From contig JAHLWZ010000812.1 in the NCBI GenBank assembly GCA_020536535.1, positions 1 through 64,000 of the forward strand: a stretch of 64,000 nt of DNA, read 5' to 3'. The position numbers and the translations under genes are program-made. The stretch comes from Pelomyxa schiedti. Its lineage: Eukaryota; Protista; Evosea. Below the pieces are notes generated by a model. It made no database searches. It had not been told where the DNA came from and saw only the letters and a list, made by a program, of their open reading frames with translations. This document shows, piece after piece, positions 22,665 through 35,378 of the stretch (position 1 is the first letter of the stretch; each line of letters opens with the position of its first letter).

Positions 22665-23897
22665 ATGATGGTGTTGTCGCAGCCACGGCTGCACTTGCGT
22701 CGCGTGTTGATTGCACTGTCGATTGTGGCTTGTTGCAATGGGGTTGGCCTCAGTTCTGCTCGTCCTGGGTTCTCCCATTTGTCGATACATGAAGCTGTCA
22801 GTGGTCAACATTTGATTACGCACGAAGAGTGGACTTCCATTTTAAAGTATGAGGGGGCTGAAGATAGTGGAAGCAGTGTGGGAACTGTGAATTGGCTGGA
22901 GGAAACTTGCGGAGGCAATTCTGCTGATTGTGATTTCCCTCTTTCATACGTCGGGGATGATAGGTGCAAGCCTCTAAATACGCAAAACTGTACTCTGGAT
23001 TGCTGTATTGTAGGCTTTTTATCTTTTCACTGGCTGTTAATTATTCACTGTTACATTTCGTTTTCCCTATGAGGGGAAAACCCTGTTAAAGGTATACTGA
23101 CCTCAATTGTAGTGCCTGAACGATTGCTTTATTTTTACTGCGTCGATGACTCTATCTGGTGTTGTGGTAACATTCGATTGTTTCCTCAATATTTAAAATT
23201 AATTCCATTCAAAACTTAGTTTCTGATTGCCCTGAGTGTGCTATTACTAGTTTGGTTCCTTAGAAGGCACAGGCGTCACCACCTGCATGCTCAGTATATC
23301 CGAATTGCAACTAAAATGAGTAACAGCACCAAACCTGATGAGGTGGCACAACCAAATAATAAGTGGCCGTTCATGAGAACCGGAACCCAGCCGGGTCCGA
23401 GAACTCCATCACAACGTGCTGAAACCCCCCTCCTTACCCAACCAAAGTGGACAGTTCCCGGGATAGCTGTCCCAGTTGCTCCACCAGACCCTAATGCGAC
23501 GAGTAGTGGCAGCGTTGACTCGGGTGATAGCTCACCGCACCACAACATATTCACGTCGAGTAGCGCACCCCCGCCCTCAACTATTGCAGCAGTTTTTGGT
23601 GAAGACAACAATACCACAGCCTCGTCCGCAATACCTCACCAAGCACCACAAACACCAGTACACCCTCAGCAGCAACCATACCGCCACACAACTCTCCCCA
23701 CTCCAAGCAGTAGTAGTACCTCTGTAGCCCGAAAGCCTGATTTCTCCATCTTCGACTCCTTTGGCGGGTACCTCCCGCCAGTACCGGAGGGTGCTGTATC
23801 ATCTCATGACCCACACACCAGTGGAACCTCACCCACCAGTGATGATTCCAGCACTGACTCTGGGTACTATGACATATACAAGGACATGAACGAGTAA
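22665..23897 (+). CDS. Hypothetical type I membrane protein (signal peptide, Cys-rich ectodomain, Pro/Ser-rich tail)
   Basis: VLIALSIVACC signal; Cys cluster; TM ending LLLVWFLRRHRRHH. Confidence 0.65.
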
Positions 23898-24071
23898 GGC
23901 CCACAAGAGCAAACCAACGAGGAGAAAATTGCATACAATAAGAATGCTTGTTTACAATAATGTAGGGATATTCTTTAATCTTTTCTTGATGTACACCTTG
24001 TGACACTACTTTGTGTGCCCTTTACGAAAGGGACCCTGGTTGTTTGACTGTACTAACAAAACCCCCTCATT

Positions 24072-26238
24072 CTACACCATACATGTGATATTACAGCTCA
24101 ACTCTGAGAAACAGTGAACGAAAAGAGGAAATTGAGCTGCAAAACCTTTTTCTTTGGTGTAGGAGTTTCATTGGCACACTCCCCAATGACTCGTAACAAT
24201 TCTTAAAAGTCCGTGAGATATTTTGTTTGTGTACGTAACGAAATAACTACCTTCACACCAAGAGGGCACAGTTGTACTGTCTCTATCACGATAAACCTGA
24301 GCAAGCTGTTCAAGCAGAGTTTCAGCCTCACACCTTTGGGGAATAGATGATTGGGAAAGATAGGTCGATAAGTAGTATCTTTGGCATGAAACCTTTTTTG
24401 CTTTTCCAGCTGATACTGCTCATCTAAGAGCCGTAGTTCCTCAGAGAGTGCTGCATGTGCTTGCTGAGAGGTGGTGAGCTTGGAGAGAATTTGTGAATTC
24501 TCATTCTCGTGGCCTAAATTGAGTTGAGTGTCACCGGTTATTTGTAGAGGTGTTTACTTACTCTTCAAAGTTTTCTTTTGTTCATCATATATTTTGGCAG
24601 CGCGATGTATTTCTTCCGACATTTGCTTGCATTGTTCATTCAATTGGTGAAATTTCGTTTCGTACGACTAAGAAAAGAGTGAAAATTATTATCCTGCCAA
24701 ATTGAGATGCGTGTATTGTGAACACAAGAGCAAAATTTGACGAAAATACTCTGGTGTACATTGACAGAATAGAATGAATCTCTTTCTTCACGTCATCTTC
24801 AGTCACTTCATACTCAGAGACACCTTTACCAGCACCAACCATCGGGAATAGGGACTCAGCTTCACTTGCCACTATCTTGAGCTGAGAAATCTAGGAAAAT
24901 GATTACTACTAATTGTTTTGGCTCGGGTGCACACCCAGGAAGATCCATTTTGAGCAGTAAAAAACTCTGTGAGCTGGTCTTGGTAAGTGCACACAACTTT
25001 ACTGATCTCAATCAATGCTGCATTTACTGCACTTTCTTTAGGACATGGAAGGCACTCAAAAATGTCCTCAACTGGCAAATTCTGAGTTTGTGGTCAGTGT
25101 ATTTGAGAAATGTGCCCAGCTACTTCAGTAAAACGGGCCAAAAATGCATTAATTTCAGGAAGTCGATGGTATAGTGCATGGCACAGAGGAGCTAACGCCT
25201 CTTCTGGTTCCTCGTTGGAAGTAAAAAGCCACTGGAAGGCTTTGAAAAGATTCGTGGCAAGAATGTAGATTGGGGAATCAACTACAACAAAGTCAGGCAA
25301 AGCAACCCCATCCCTCTTTTTTTATGATACCCTCTGCTGAACTGAGGCCGTATAATTCCGGGAAGATAAATGCAGGGCACAAGAACCTCATGAAGAAGAA
25401 GGAGCCACAAATTTGGATAGGAGTCATCTCTAGCCTTTGAGATTCTGCAACAGCCTGAAAAAGATTTGCTAACTTGCGAATAGTTCTGTGAATAAATGGT
25501 TGAATTTGAGATTAAGAGAAAAGGAAGATCTACGCAGGAAATCCATCAAGAGGGAAGTTAAGAATACTCGAGGTCAGACCGTCAACGAGACCAATAACTT
25601 CTTCAATTGAAAGGGAAGGGAATGATAGTGACTCAACCTATGGTTTTAGATGAATATATCGAATATAAAAGATTCGTGGAAACCTTTTCAATGAAGGGGT
25701 CAACCAAGTACTGCAAACAGTTGCCACCTTCTGCTTGCAGAAACGAAGAAAGCAAACTCGATGTGGTGGTTGTGCTAGTGAATAATTCTGACGGTCTAGC
25801 TAGAGGTGGGAGAGAGGTTTATTTTCAAATCAATAAAAAAAAAGTCACAAATGCAAGTCAAAAGGGGAGATATAAGAATGGGTGAGGAGCCAACATACAT
25901 GCAGATTGCACCTCACATGACACGCAGTATCTCAAAACCCTAGGTAGCCTCTTGTGAAACAAAAACACGGTCAGCAGCTGCCCGCCCAGCGGCCACTCCC
26001 CCATAAGTTGCTGCTGTTGCTGCTGTATTTGAATGGGCGATACCACGCGGTCCAGGGCCGCCACCAATTCATAGTTGGGGGATAGCAGTATCTATTTTGG
26101 TGGTGGGAAACGAAACGTCGAACCGTTATTCGGGTTTTCCAAGCCACACAAGGAAAAAACAACACAACACATGTCAAATAAATCGCGTGCCTGCGTTATG
26201 TGCTGAAACAGGCTGGTGTACTTCTTGTTTAGCGACAT
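24072..26238 (-). CDS. RasGAP-domain protein with coiled-coil C-terminus
   Basis: GSFFFMRFLCPAFIFPELYGL near 25350-25410 matches the RasGAP FLRF.CPAI..P motif. Confidence 0.75.
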
Positions 26239-26326
26239 AACTACTGGTAATACGTGAAGTTCCTTGGAGGGATAAAAGAGCAAAATTATTTGGTTTGTTT
26301 AGCGGAAGTACGGTGTTTTTTTTCTT

Positions 26327-27349
26327 TTAGTTTCTCTGTGTGATTGGTGGGTTTGAGTGGTTTTGGCTGGGTGTTGTGATGGGTGGAGCAGTGTCTATGA
26401 AAACTGACCGTAGGAAGGATTCCAATATGGGGCATGCGGTGGTGCACATGTCCAGGACCGCAAACAGGGTGTCATCGTCTATGGCCCCTTTATCCTGCAG
26501 CCACGTTGTCAATTGGGGCTTGGATGGTGTTGGTGCCTTGGGTGAAGCTCGGCTGACAGAAAATACGGTGGTACAGACAGAGCTGGCTTGCTGTTTTTGG
26601 AAGTGAAATCAGACGAGTTTCGAGGGTATAAATTGCGTACTTTTTCTTCTGCTGTGGTGGGATCAAGTGACAGCAGCAACGATTCGGAATCAGCAGTGGG
26701 AAGTACAGCACAGGTTATAGACAACGGCAACGCTTTCATATGAATTCCACAATCCATTAGTGCTAGGCATGCTGCATTTACAGCCGTACTCATTACCTTC
26801 GCGTGAGATTAGCAACAAGAAAAAAAAGAACGAAAAAAGCACACAGATCCGGCGTCATTCAGAACTTGCACTATAACAGTGATTAAACTTCGAGGGTGTA
26901 AGTGCAGCAATATAAATGGTTCGAGAGTCGTTTGTAAGCAGTGCTCGCGCTCTGCATCTTGTATAGTGGCTGCACCGGATTTTGGTTTCCTGGGTGTCAA
27001 TAAGGGTGTTTCTTCAAGTACCATAAAACGCACCATACTACACTCAGGGTGGCACGATTGTACTGCTCCATATTAATTGGGCAAGGCGCGGGTCCATAAA
27101 CCCCAACCATTACTTGCGTTTCCCCTTAGGAAGAGTTCCTTCTTAATATTTTCACATTTTCTTGTTTGTGATTTGCTATGTATTGCAAACAATAACATGG
27201 TGTGTGCAGGGGGCAAAAAAAAAAAGAAGGGAAAAAAAACCTTGAGAAAACCTCGCAGATCCATCCGCCCGGTTGAGAAACGACAGCATGGACGCCATCG
27301 TACGCAGTTGTACGTCCCCCCCAGCATCCGTGGATTCGCCTGTGGCCAT
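26327..27349 (-). CDS. RRP46: Exosome RNase PH-type subunit Rrp46
   Basis: QLRTMASMLSFLNRADGSARFSQG, VGVYGP, HPRSLITVIVQVLNDAGS, AVNAACLALMDCGI, LDPTTAEE. Confidence 0.9.
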
Positions 27350-27384
27350 GAAAATTGTGGCGTGATTAATTAGAGCCTAATCTG

Positions 27385-27510
27385 CACGGTGGGGAGATGA
27401 GACTGGGTCCTCACTCGGGCGCTAAATGAGCGCTTGGAATCTCATATCTATGCTCCCGTGGCCTAGGGACAACTGTGTCACCTGGGAACCTGGTCCAGTC
27501 CAGCACTGGC
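27385..27510 (+). ncRNA. Candidate structured non-coding element; family not recognised
   Basis: CACGG/CCGTG, ATGAGA/TCTCAT, CGGGCGCT/AGCGCTTG, CCTAGG-GACA/TGTC-A-CCTGGG, CCAGT/ACTGG. Wobbles are G-U on the + strand. Confidence 0.3.
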
Positions 27511-27916
27511 TTTCTGTGAAAAACTCATCAAAAAGTACCCCAATTTTGCCGCGAGAATAACTCATGAGGTCCGACAAATTGACTGAGTTTCTTCAGTGTT
27601 TGTTTTCGTGGCTTCTCGCCGGGCATTTGTTTTCAAAAAAGCCTGTCTGTGCTGGTGGGGTCTTCGTCGATGAGATGGGTGAATAAGAGAATCAACAGAC
27701 TGGAACCGTTTAGCCAATTCCCACCGGGTCTGGGGTTGCCCCAAGAACCCGATAGAAAGTTCTGTGATTCATAGAACGCGGTCTGTGCAACCGCTCGGCT
27801 GTGAAGAAAAATATATACAAACAAAACGACCGGCAAAACAAAAAAAAGCCAAATAAACAAAAAAACAACAACAAAAACAAAGCAACGACTGCTGAACCGC
27901 AATACGACAAGAAAAT

Positions 27917-28910
27917 ATGAACGACATTCAGTTTGATTCCATTTTGTGTCGATTCTTTGTTTAACGTTCGGGTTAGGTACCACGTTACAACGGCACCCAA
28001 CGCTCTACCAGACGAACTAAAGAACGAGATACTTGCGAAAACTGGAATTGGGGCCTACATTAGCGTCCTTTACGAAGTTCCTGTCGAGCCCGAGGAATGC
28101 TTCGATACAATTTTTGGGCTACCAGAACCCTGCGAGATTACTCGACTTGCCATTATTACAGGCCCACCAGACCCCAGCTTGAAAGAGTCACCAAGCTGCT
28201 TCCTTGCGATAGGTACTCTTATCTCATACCTCCATTATTCTTATTCTTTCTAGAGTCTTGTAGTTCTGCACACTGTTGCGCTCCATCAGGCGAAAGACAT
28301 ATTTTTATTCGCCTTGGTCACACTCAACTATTTGAGACTGACTTTGAGCCCTCGCGCACCTTCAGAGTCTTGGTTTCCTATGGGGAACCATTTGGGGCCC
28401 CATGCTACTGCTTGCCATTTCTCTTCTGTTGTACTTTGTCTTATCATCTAATAAGCTTATTTTCTGCACAGATACATTCCCAGATTCGACTGGCCAGAAC
28501 TGTTTTCTAACCCCGGATCTGCAGGCACCAATACAATCGTTGGAAACCGATACAAGTGCGCCAGAGTCGAGGAACGTCTTCAACTCGGAACAGGGGTGTA
28601 ACTCTGCACCAGAAACGAGGCAATACGAATGTGGGCCCTCGACTGTTGCTCCTCAGCCAGTGGCCAATGCCTTGCAAAATACTACTTGCGCTAATTCCTT
28701 CAATGGTGTGCCGCACATCCACCTACCAAACATAATCGTAAATTGCAGGTGCCTCGGGCTACCCCTCCCTATTTGCGGCCAATACTACACAATATCTCCC
28801 CCAGCCTCTGCCTGTGCTTTTGCCTCTGCGTCCGCGCCCACAGACACAGTGCGCTGCCTGCCGGGTTTCCATGTACACCGACCACGAATGCGACTTCTTC
28901 GGATCGTTGT
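27917..28910 (+). CDS. Hypothetical protein; 3' end uncertain
   Basis: Spliced open exons VRYHVTTAPNALPDELKNEIL...ESCSSAHCCAPSGERHIFIRL. Confidence 0.5.
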
Positions 28911-28999
28911 AAGCTTTGTAACAACAAATAAATTGTTTTATTGTAGAAGCACAATTCAATTGGATCCACGCCAAACAACCAAGTTATCCCCACGCCGAA

Positions 29000-30295
29000 A
29001 TGGACCCGTCGGCCCTACAAGCGGCGCTAGCGTCGCGCAAGACCCTCGCTCACGTAGACGTGAAGGAGCCCACCTTAGCCGATGTGATACGCGCCAAGGA
29101 GGGCGCCGAGTTCGCCGTGCCCTGGTGGTTCGACCCATCCGTATCGGGCTGGGTCCAGTCCCAAGACCCCCCTCCTGCTGCTTCTTCTTCTTCTTCTTCT
29201 TCTTCTGCGTCCTCCTCGCCGTCTCCATCGCCGTCGGGGAGGCGGACGATATCTGTTGTCACGTACAACGTGTGGTTCGAGGACTATTTCCGGGGCCTGA
29301 GGACGCAGAGGCTGCTGGATTTGGTGGCTGAGAGGGACCCGGACGTAGTGGTGCTCGAGGAGATGACGAAGGAGAGCCTCGCCGTGCTCAGGTCCCATAA
29401 GTGGTTCCAGGCCGGCGGCTACTGGCTCAGCGACGCCGTCGGCGATACTTGGGGTGGACGCGGAACCTACGGCGTGGTCGTGGCCTCCAGGCTGCCCATC
29501 GACACCCTGTCAATCCGCAAAGTTCCTACAGTTATGGGACGAAAACTGGTTGTGGCCTCAGTCCGTCTGCCTCACAGTATGATATTTGTTTTTCCTTGTT
29601 GCGTAGCAACGTAGTCCTCCTAATTACGATAGAAATAAGAGGCAGAAGTGTATATTTTTGAATTATACAATACACATACTCAGGCTAGTTTACATTTTGA
29701 CTGTTAGGTGTTTGAAAGTTAATGGAATCCCTTAATCTGTTATGTGGTAACGACCAAGAATCGAATAGGTGAGGGATCGGAGCTGATGTGCATCGTGGGC
29801 TGTCATCTGGAGAGTACTTCTGAATGCGGGGAGACCAGAACTGCACAGCTCAGGGCCGCAATATCACACTCCAAAAACTTCCCACACACAATCATACTAG
29901 GTGACACCAACATAAACAACGAGGAAGAAGCTTCTGTTCTCTTCCGTACTCCTTCCACACCCACACCCACTTCCACCTCTGCCACCTCAGCTTCCACAAC
30001 CCCGGCATCAACACCATCCCAAGCCGAGAATTCCTCCACATTCGTCGATGTGTGGAAAGCCTTTGCACAAGCCACTGGCAGCTCCGACCCCGGGTTGACA
30101 AGGTTTCCTGTCCTGAGCCCACCTTTTGAGCCTCGGGAGCCCCGCCGCCTGGACAGAGTTTTTGCCAGGAACCTCAGAATTGTGCACGCCGAAGTTTTCG
30201 GCAAAGAACCCATTCCTATGGAACTCACCCCTGGCGCAGAAAAGCCTGTGCTTCCTTCTGATCATTATGGATTCCACTGTACCCTGTCCTTCTAG
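29000..30295 (+). CDS. TDP2: TDP2-like endonuclease/exonuclease/phosphatase
   Basis: VVTYNVWF, DPDVVVLEE, MGRKL, CHLES, ILGDTN, RLDRVF, PSDHYG. Confidence 0.85.
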
Positions 30296-30389
30296 CAGCC
30301 TGTAAGTAAGACTATCTTGTGCAATAAAAATTTTTCTTTTTTTTGGCTTTGGCGTATAACAGACAAACAATTTGGGGGAGTAAATGGGC

Positions 30390-33300
30390 TCAAAAATAGT
30401 GCTTTGCTGAACCACCACGTTGATATGTGCAGGCCATGTTACCCCTGGGCTGCACAGAGAAAGTGTCATAATTGGTAAAGAAGAGAAATGTGAATGTACC
30501 AGCATGGACACTGGTGCACCTGAGTATTGTACTTGTGGAAAATTCTGCAGCGGCAGCTGTGAAGAGAGTTGCCTTGCATCGGCTGGTGGTCTATTTTAAT
30601 TTTAGGAAAAGAGGAAACTGATGTTGGCGGAGTACTTACACCAGCATGTTAGAACCATAAATGATTGGGGGTGAATGTGAAGTCGTGTATGTAATTACTC
30701 TCTTGATGGTGGGAGACATAAGTGGTGCCTGAACTTGACTTTGTGTTTGGGAGTGCATCTGTACCGCGAGAAGTGGTTGTGCTTGGGGAAGTTGCTGTTG
30801 CAGCTGTTGTGGTTGCGGCTGTGGAGGTGGCAGCAACTGTGACAACTGTGGTAGTGGCGGTAGGCGTGTCTGAGGCGGCGGCTGTGAATGTGGCTGTGTT
30901 GGTTGAGTTTCTACTTGCGTTTGCGTTCGTGGTTCTGTATGTTTCTCATGAGAAGGATGCTGCCCAGGTTGTTGCGTCTGTGATGCCTTTCCAGTAATTT
31001 CCTTGGGATCCATTTGGAAATGTAACACAGGCACAGCCCTGGCACCATCTCCTTTCTTAGGTTTCTTTTTTGATCCTTTTGGTGCTTCGGTGTTCCCAGT
31101 GGGGGTGCTAAGTGTGGTAGAGCTGTTTGGTGGTGGAGAGTTTGGAGTCTTCTTCTTACCCTTGGTAACAACTTGGAACTCACCTTCTCCGTCAGAGTGC
31201 TCTATCCCTTTCTGTGCACCAGTGATATTCTTCAGGTGTATATCCTGTTCACTTGGAGCTACTGCCTCGGGTTTGTGCTTCTTTTTTGGTTCTTTTTTAC
31301 CTTTTTCTGGGTCTGGTTCTGGCTCTTTCTTTGGTTCTTTCTTTGATTTCTTTTGCTTTTTTGATGCTGGGGTTGTTTTGTGGTCATCTTTACTTGCAGC
31401 TTGTGATTGGTCGTTACGTGGTGAATGTCGCGGGGTACTGTTCACTGAAACAGATGGAGAGACCTGAGCTGAAGAGTTTGGTGACGAATGCACAGCTGGG
31501 GCGGCAAGCAAAGTAGAACTTGTGTGTACTGCATCAGCCAAGCTCTCCTGTACAGGAGCAGGATGTGTAATAGGTACAGGGAAAGGTTGCACCTCAGATA
31601 CTGGAGCAGTCAGCAAAACTGGTGCAGCCTGCACGGCAGGTATGGGTGCAGGTGCAGGGGGAGTGCGATCACCAGGTACTAACTTTGAGGGATCAATTGG
31701 AACTTGCGGTAAAAGGCTGTGACCCGTGGCATGTACCACTTGCTGAAGCTGTGGTGGGGGAGTGACGTCAGTAACGGGTGGTATTAGGTCATTAGGTGCA
31801 GTCTTCGTCTTTAAGGTCACTTTGAAATTTACTTTAGCACCAGACTTGGTTATAACACTCGTTTTCTCAAGGAGGGGGCTTAAAGCAACTGGCAGTTGTA
31901 AGGGAGGGGTACTTGGTAGGTGCGTTGTTGTGGCGCTAGCTTGAGTCTGTGTGTCGTCTTCTGGCAACACACACTGCTTCGCCTGGTAAGTGGGATTTGG
32001 GTCTTGTTTGTCAGAGGTGGTCTCTTGATCAGAATGCTGGGGGTGTACATCCGAGGAAACAATAGGTTGCTGAATGTAATGAACGGAAGATAGTGAAGAA
32101 TGTGCGGGATCCTTCTTGAATATTACTCGTTGGATATACGGTTTCATGGGGGGTGAAAGAGTTCGTTGAGGTGGTTCTGAAATGCTACGGACCACCTGAG
32201 CTGGCTGAACGACAATGACCCTTTGATAAGGCGGGATGTTCATATGATGGCCTACCCCTTCATTTTCTGTGTGTTCTGTTGAGCCGGGATTGGCCATTGT
32301 GGGTAGAAATGATGGGGTTTGGAGATTCTGTTGTTGGGTAAATTGAAGAGAAGGCTGCAAAGGTTTCCTGTGAACCACCACAACAGCACCCTTGGCACTT
32401 TCCATACGCTTTGTCTGTACTATTGTATCTGGGGTGGGAGATCTAGAGACAACTATTACGGCTCCCTGCGTCTCATTCGAGGGCAATTGAGGGGTCGAGA
32501 GATGAACAACTGGATCTGGTATTGCACCGTGGTCTCCTGTTGATGGTTGCGGAGGATGTTCGGCCATAGCCCCCTGCCCTGCAAGTGGGAGTGAGGGAGA
32601 AAGAGACGGCGATGGTGCTGATGGAAGTGGAAGGTTGGGTAGACTCTTTCTTGTGATACTTATGCTACACGGCCGTAATGGTTTGTCAGGTGTTTTGTCA
32701 ACAACTGGAAAAGGGGCAGACTGCACTGTGGAGAGAGTAGATGATTGGGTGTGCATTTGGAGTGGTACAGGCGGCAAAGAAACTGTTACACTGTGGGGTG
32801 GCATGGATGGAGAGTGTTCAAGAGAAGTTGTTCTTGAATAACTTGGTGGTGTTTGCAACAGACCAGTTCCATGAGTACTAAGTGGTTTCAGCGGCGGAAA
32901 AACAGCTAAGGGGCGAATGGGTTGTACAGGAGACGGCAGAAGTGCCGTTGGTTGCAAATGAGTTAGTGCGGAATTTTGAATGGGAGGCGACGGGCTGGGA
33001 AGAGAAGGTGTCAAAGTAGATGGTGGAAGGGATGGAGATTGAGCAAGGGATGAACCATGGGATTGCTGTGGTCCAGTAGTTGTTGAATTGTGTGGGGGAG
33101 GGAGGTGCACAGGCGCAGGGGATGATGGAGAGGTGGCATCCTCTGAAGCTGGGGGCTGGACAGAGGTCTCCACGGAAGTATTTTCAGCCTTAGAATTCTT
33201 TGATGCTATTCTTTTCTCAAGCTCTGCAAGCTTTGCTAGAGATTTTTCTCGCTGCTCTGTCTTGCGCTGTTGTTCTTCACGTTCCCTTTCAGTTTTTTTT

Positions 33301-35141
33301 TGCAGTGCTTTCTCTTTCATCATTTTTGGTTGGTCACGAATGGAATCCAACTAGAAGGGAGTTAAATATTGGTAAAAACAAATTTAACTACATCGAGACA
33401 GATAAGGTCAGCTTTGTCTTGTGCTTTCAGCGGTTCAGGTTCTATCACTTCACCTGATACTGGGACAGTGTTGTGTTCTCCAGTTTTTATTGCCTCTGCT
33501 AAGGCATGTCTACGCTGTTCTTCCTGTAGCTTTTCACCTGCTATTCTCTGCTGCTCTTCGAGTTCTTGTCGCCGCTTCTGTTCTTCCTGTTGACGTCTTT
33601 GTTCTTCTTGCTGACGTCTTTGTTCTTCTTGTCGCCGCTTCTGTTCTTCTTGCTGGCGCTTTTGCTCTTCTTGGCGCCTCTGTTCCTCTTGTCGCTGAAG
33701 TTCTTGTCTCCTCTGTTCTTGGCGCTGTTCTTCCTGACGCCTGTGCTCTTCTTGGCGTTGTAGTTCTTGCCGCTTGCGCTCTTCTTGGCGCTGCTGTTCT
33801 TGCCGCCTGCGCTCTTCTTGTTGTCTCCTCTGCTCCTCTTTTGCTTTTTCCAGCCGTTGTTTCTCTTCAAGGGCCCTCGTTTCTTCCTCTTGAATACGCT
33901 GCTGTTCTTCATATTGCTGCCTCTCGAATTCATCATTCTGTTTTTTTTTTTTTTTTAGAAAGGTAAACCACAATATATTTAGTTCGTAGTCACATACTGG
34001 TTGATCACCAAAATCAGGGGGTTTTGTAAAGTCGGGCTGATCCTCGACATCAGCCCATCTAGAAGCCTCAGTGTCTGGAATCTCTGTGTGGGTATCTTGA
34101 GGCTGGATTTTAACAGGGGGACTGTCTGGCTTCCCAGAAGTTTCAGACACTTTAGTGCTTAGTTTCATTTGGGCTTCTGGCATTAGGGCGGGCCTGACAA
34201 GGATGTAAGTGCTGTACTCAGACACGGGGTAAAAAAAAAAAAAGAAGGTACAAAAACAAAAAAAAACCTTACAGAAGTCTGAGGTTCTATGTGTGGTGGA
34301 GAGAGATTGTGAGTCTCGTTCTTCTCTTTTCAAAAATGGTGGAGAAAGGAAGATGTTGCACAAAGCAGGTAGAATGGAATATAAGAGTAGCATGAGTAAG
34401 AGTGTGATAGTCGCCAATTAGATGGAAAAGTACCATTTCGTAAGGCTTGATGTTGAGTACTGTGAGTCAAAATCTGGTATTGAGGTTGCGGCTGGTGCAT
34501 TTGTGACTGCGGGTGTTGTGGTAGTTGAATTGGTGGGTGCATTGGTTGTGATTGGCTTGCATTTTGTGGTAATGGGGGTGGTGCTTGGCGGTGCTGTTGC
34601 TGCTGACGCGAGAGAGAAGGGAATTGCTGTGACATTGAGTTATTCCCTCCGCCACCAGAATTTTGTGTGCTCTCATTGTATTCCCTTTGGTGTTGCTGTT
34701 GCTGTTGGTGTTGTTGGTGCTGGTGTTGCTGCTGTTGTACCTGAGGCGCAGACCCTCCCCATGCCTTTCCACGTAAAGGGCCTTCGCTGGGTTGCTGTCC
34801 TCTCGTATCACTTCCCGGTGAGGTCCTCAGCTTCCCAAGAACAACCATGGAACTCCCTTTTCACAGGAACCCAAATCAGGGAAAAAATAAATAAATTAAA
34901 AAAAAATAAACCAAATAAAAAGAGAGATTAGATGACAGTGCAACCCAGACACCTCAACACCACATTAAAAACGACACAAAAAAAGTGTGCTCAAAAAAAA
35001 AAAAAAAATCACGAATGATACGGTGGGGATACCAGACGACGCTGAGGCACTACTACTACTGGTACTTGACGGCGACTGTGTGTTGGGCTGCGTAGTTCCG
35101 CCAGATCGTCCACGGGGCCCTCGTCCTTTCTGCTGTTGCAT
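30390..35141 (-). CDS. Large low-complexity protein, PRRC2/BAT2-like
   Basis: SRWADVEDQPDFTKPPDF followed by an E/Q/R helix and a 900-aa Pro/Ser/Gln-rich ORF. Family call tentative. Confidence 0.55.
33550..33830 (-). repeat. Coding repeat (QEEQRR)n, charged single alpha-helix / coiled coil
   Basis: Recurrent ttcttcttg/ctgacg units translating RRQQEEQ. Confidence 0.8.
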
Positions 35142-35378
35142 CGTGCTTGTTGTCGCTTGTTTTTTATTTTTTGTTTTTTTTTTTGCTTGTGATCTTGTTT
35201 TTTCCTTCAATGGTGAGAGAATCCCGAAGAATCACGGGTGCACAACCCTTGAGGGGTCAGCTGACAAACCAAAACAACAGAAAAAAGCAAAAGCAAACGA
35301 CAAGACAAAAACTCGGTGCTTTTTTGTTCAAAGAGGGGAGTGAGTTTACTGGGATGTGGTTGGTGTGGGGGTTTCTAT

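Noticed and set aside
27385-27510. 5S rRNA, SRP or HDV ribozyme
   Set aside because: Only short matches (CCUGGGAA, GGCUUU, UCCUCAC); loop E, helix 8 and P1/P1.1 pairings are missing.
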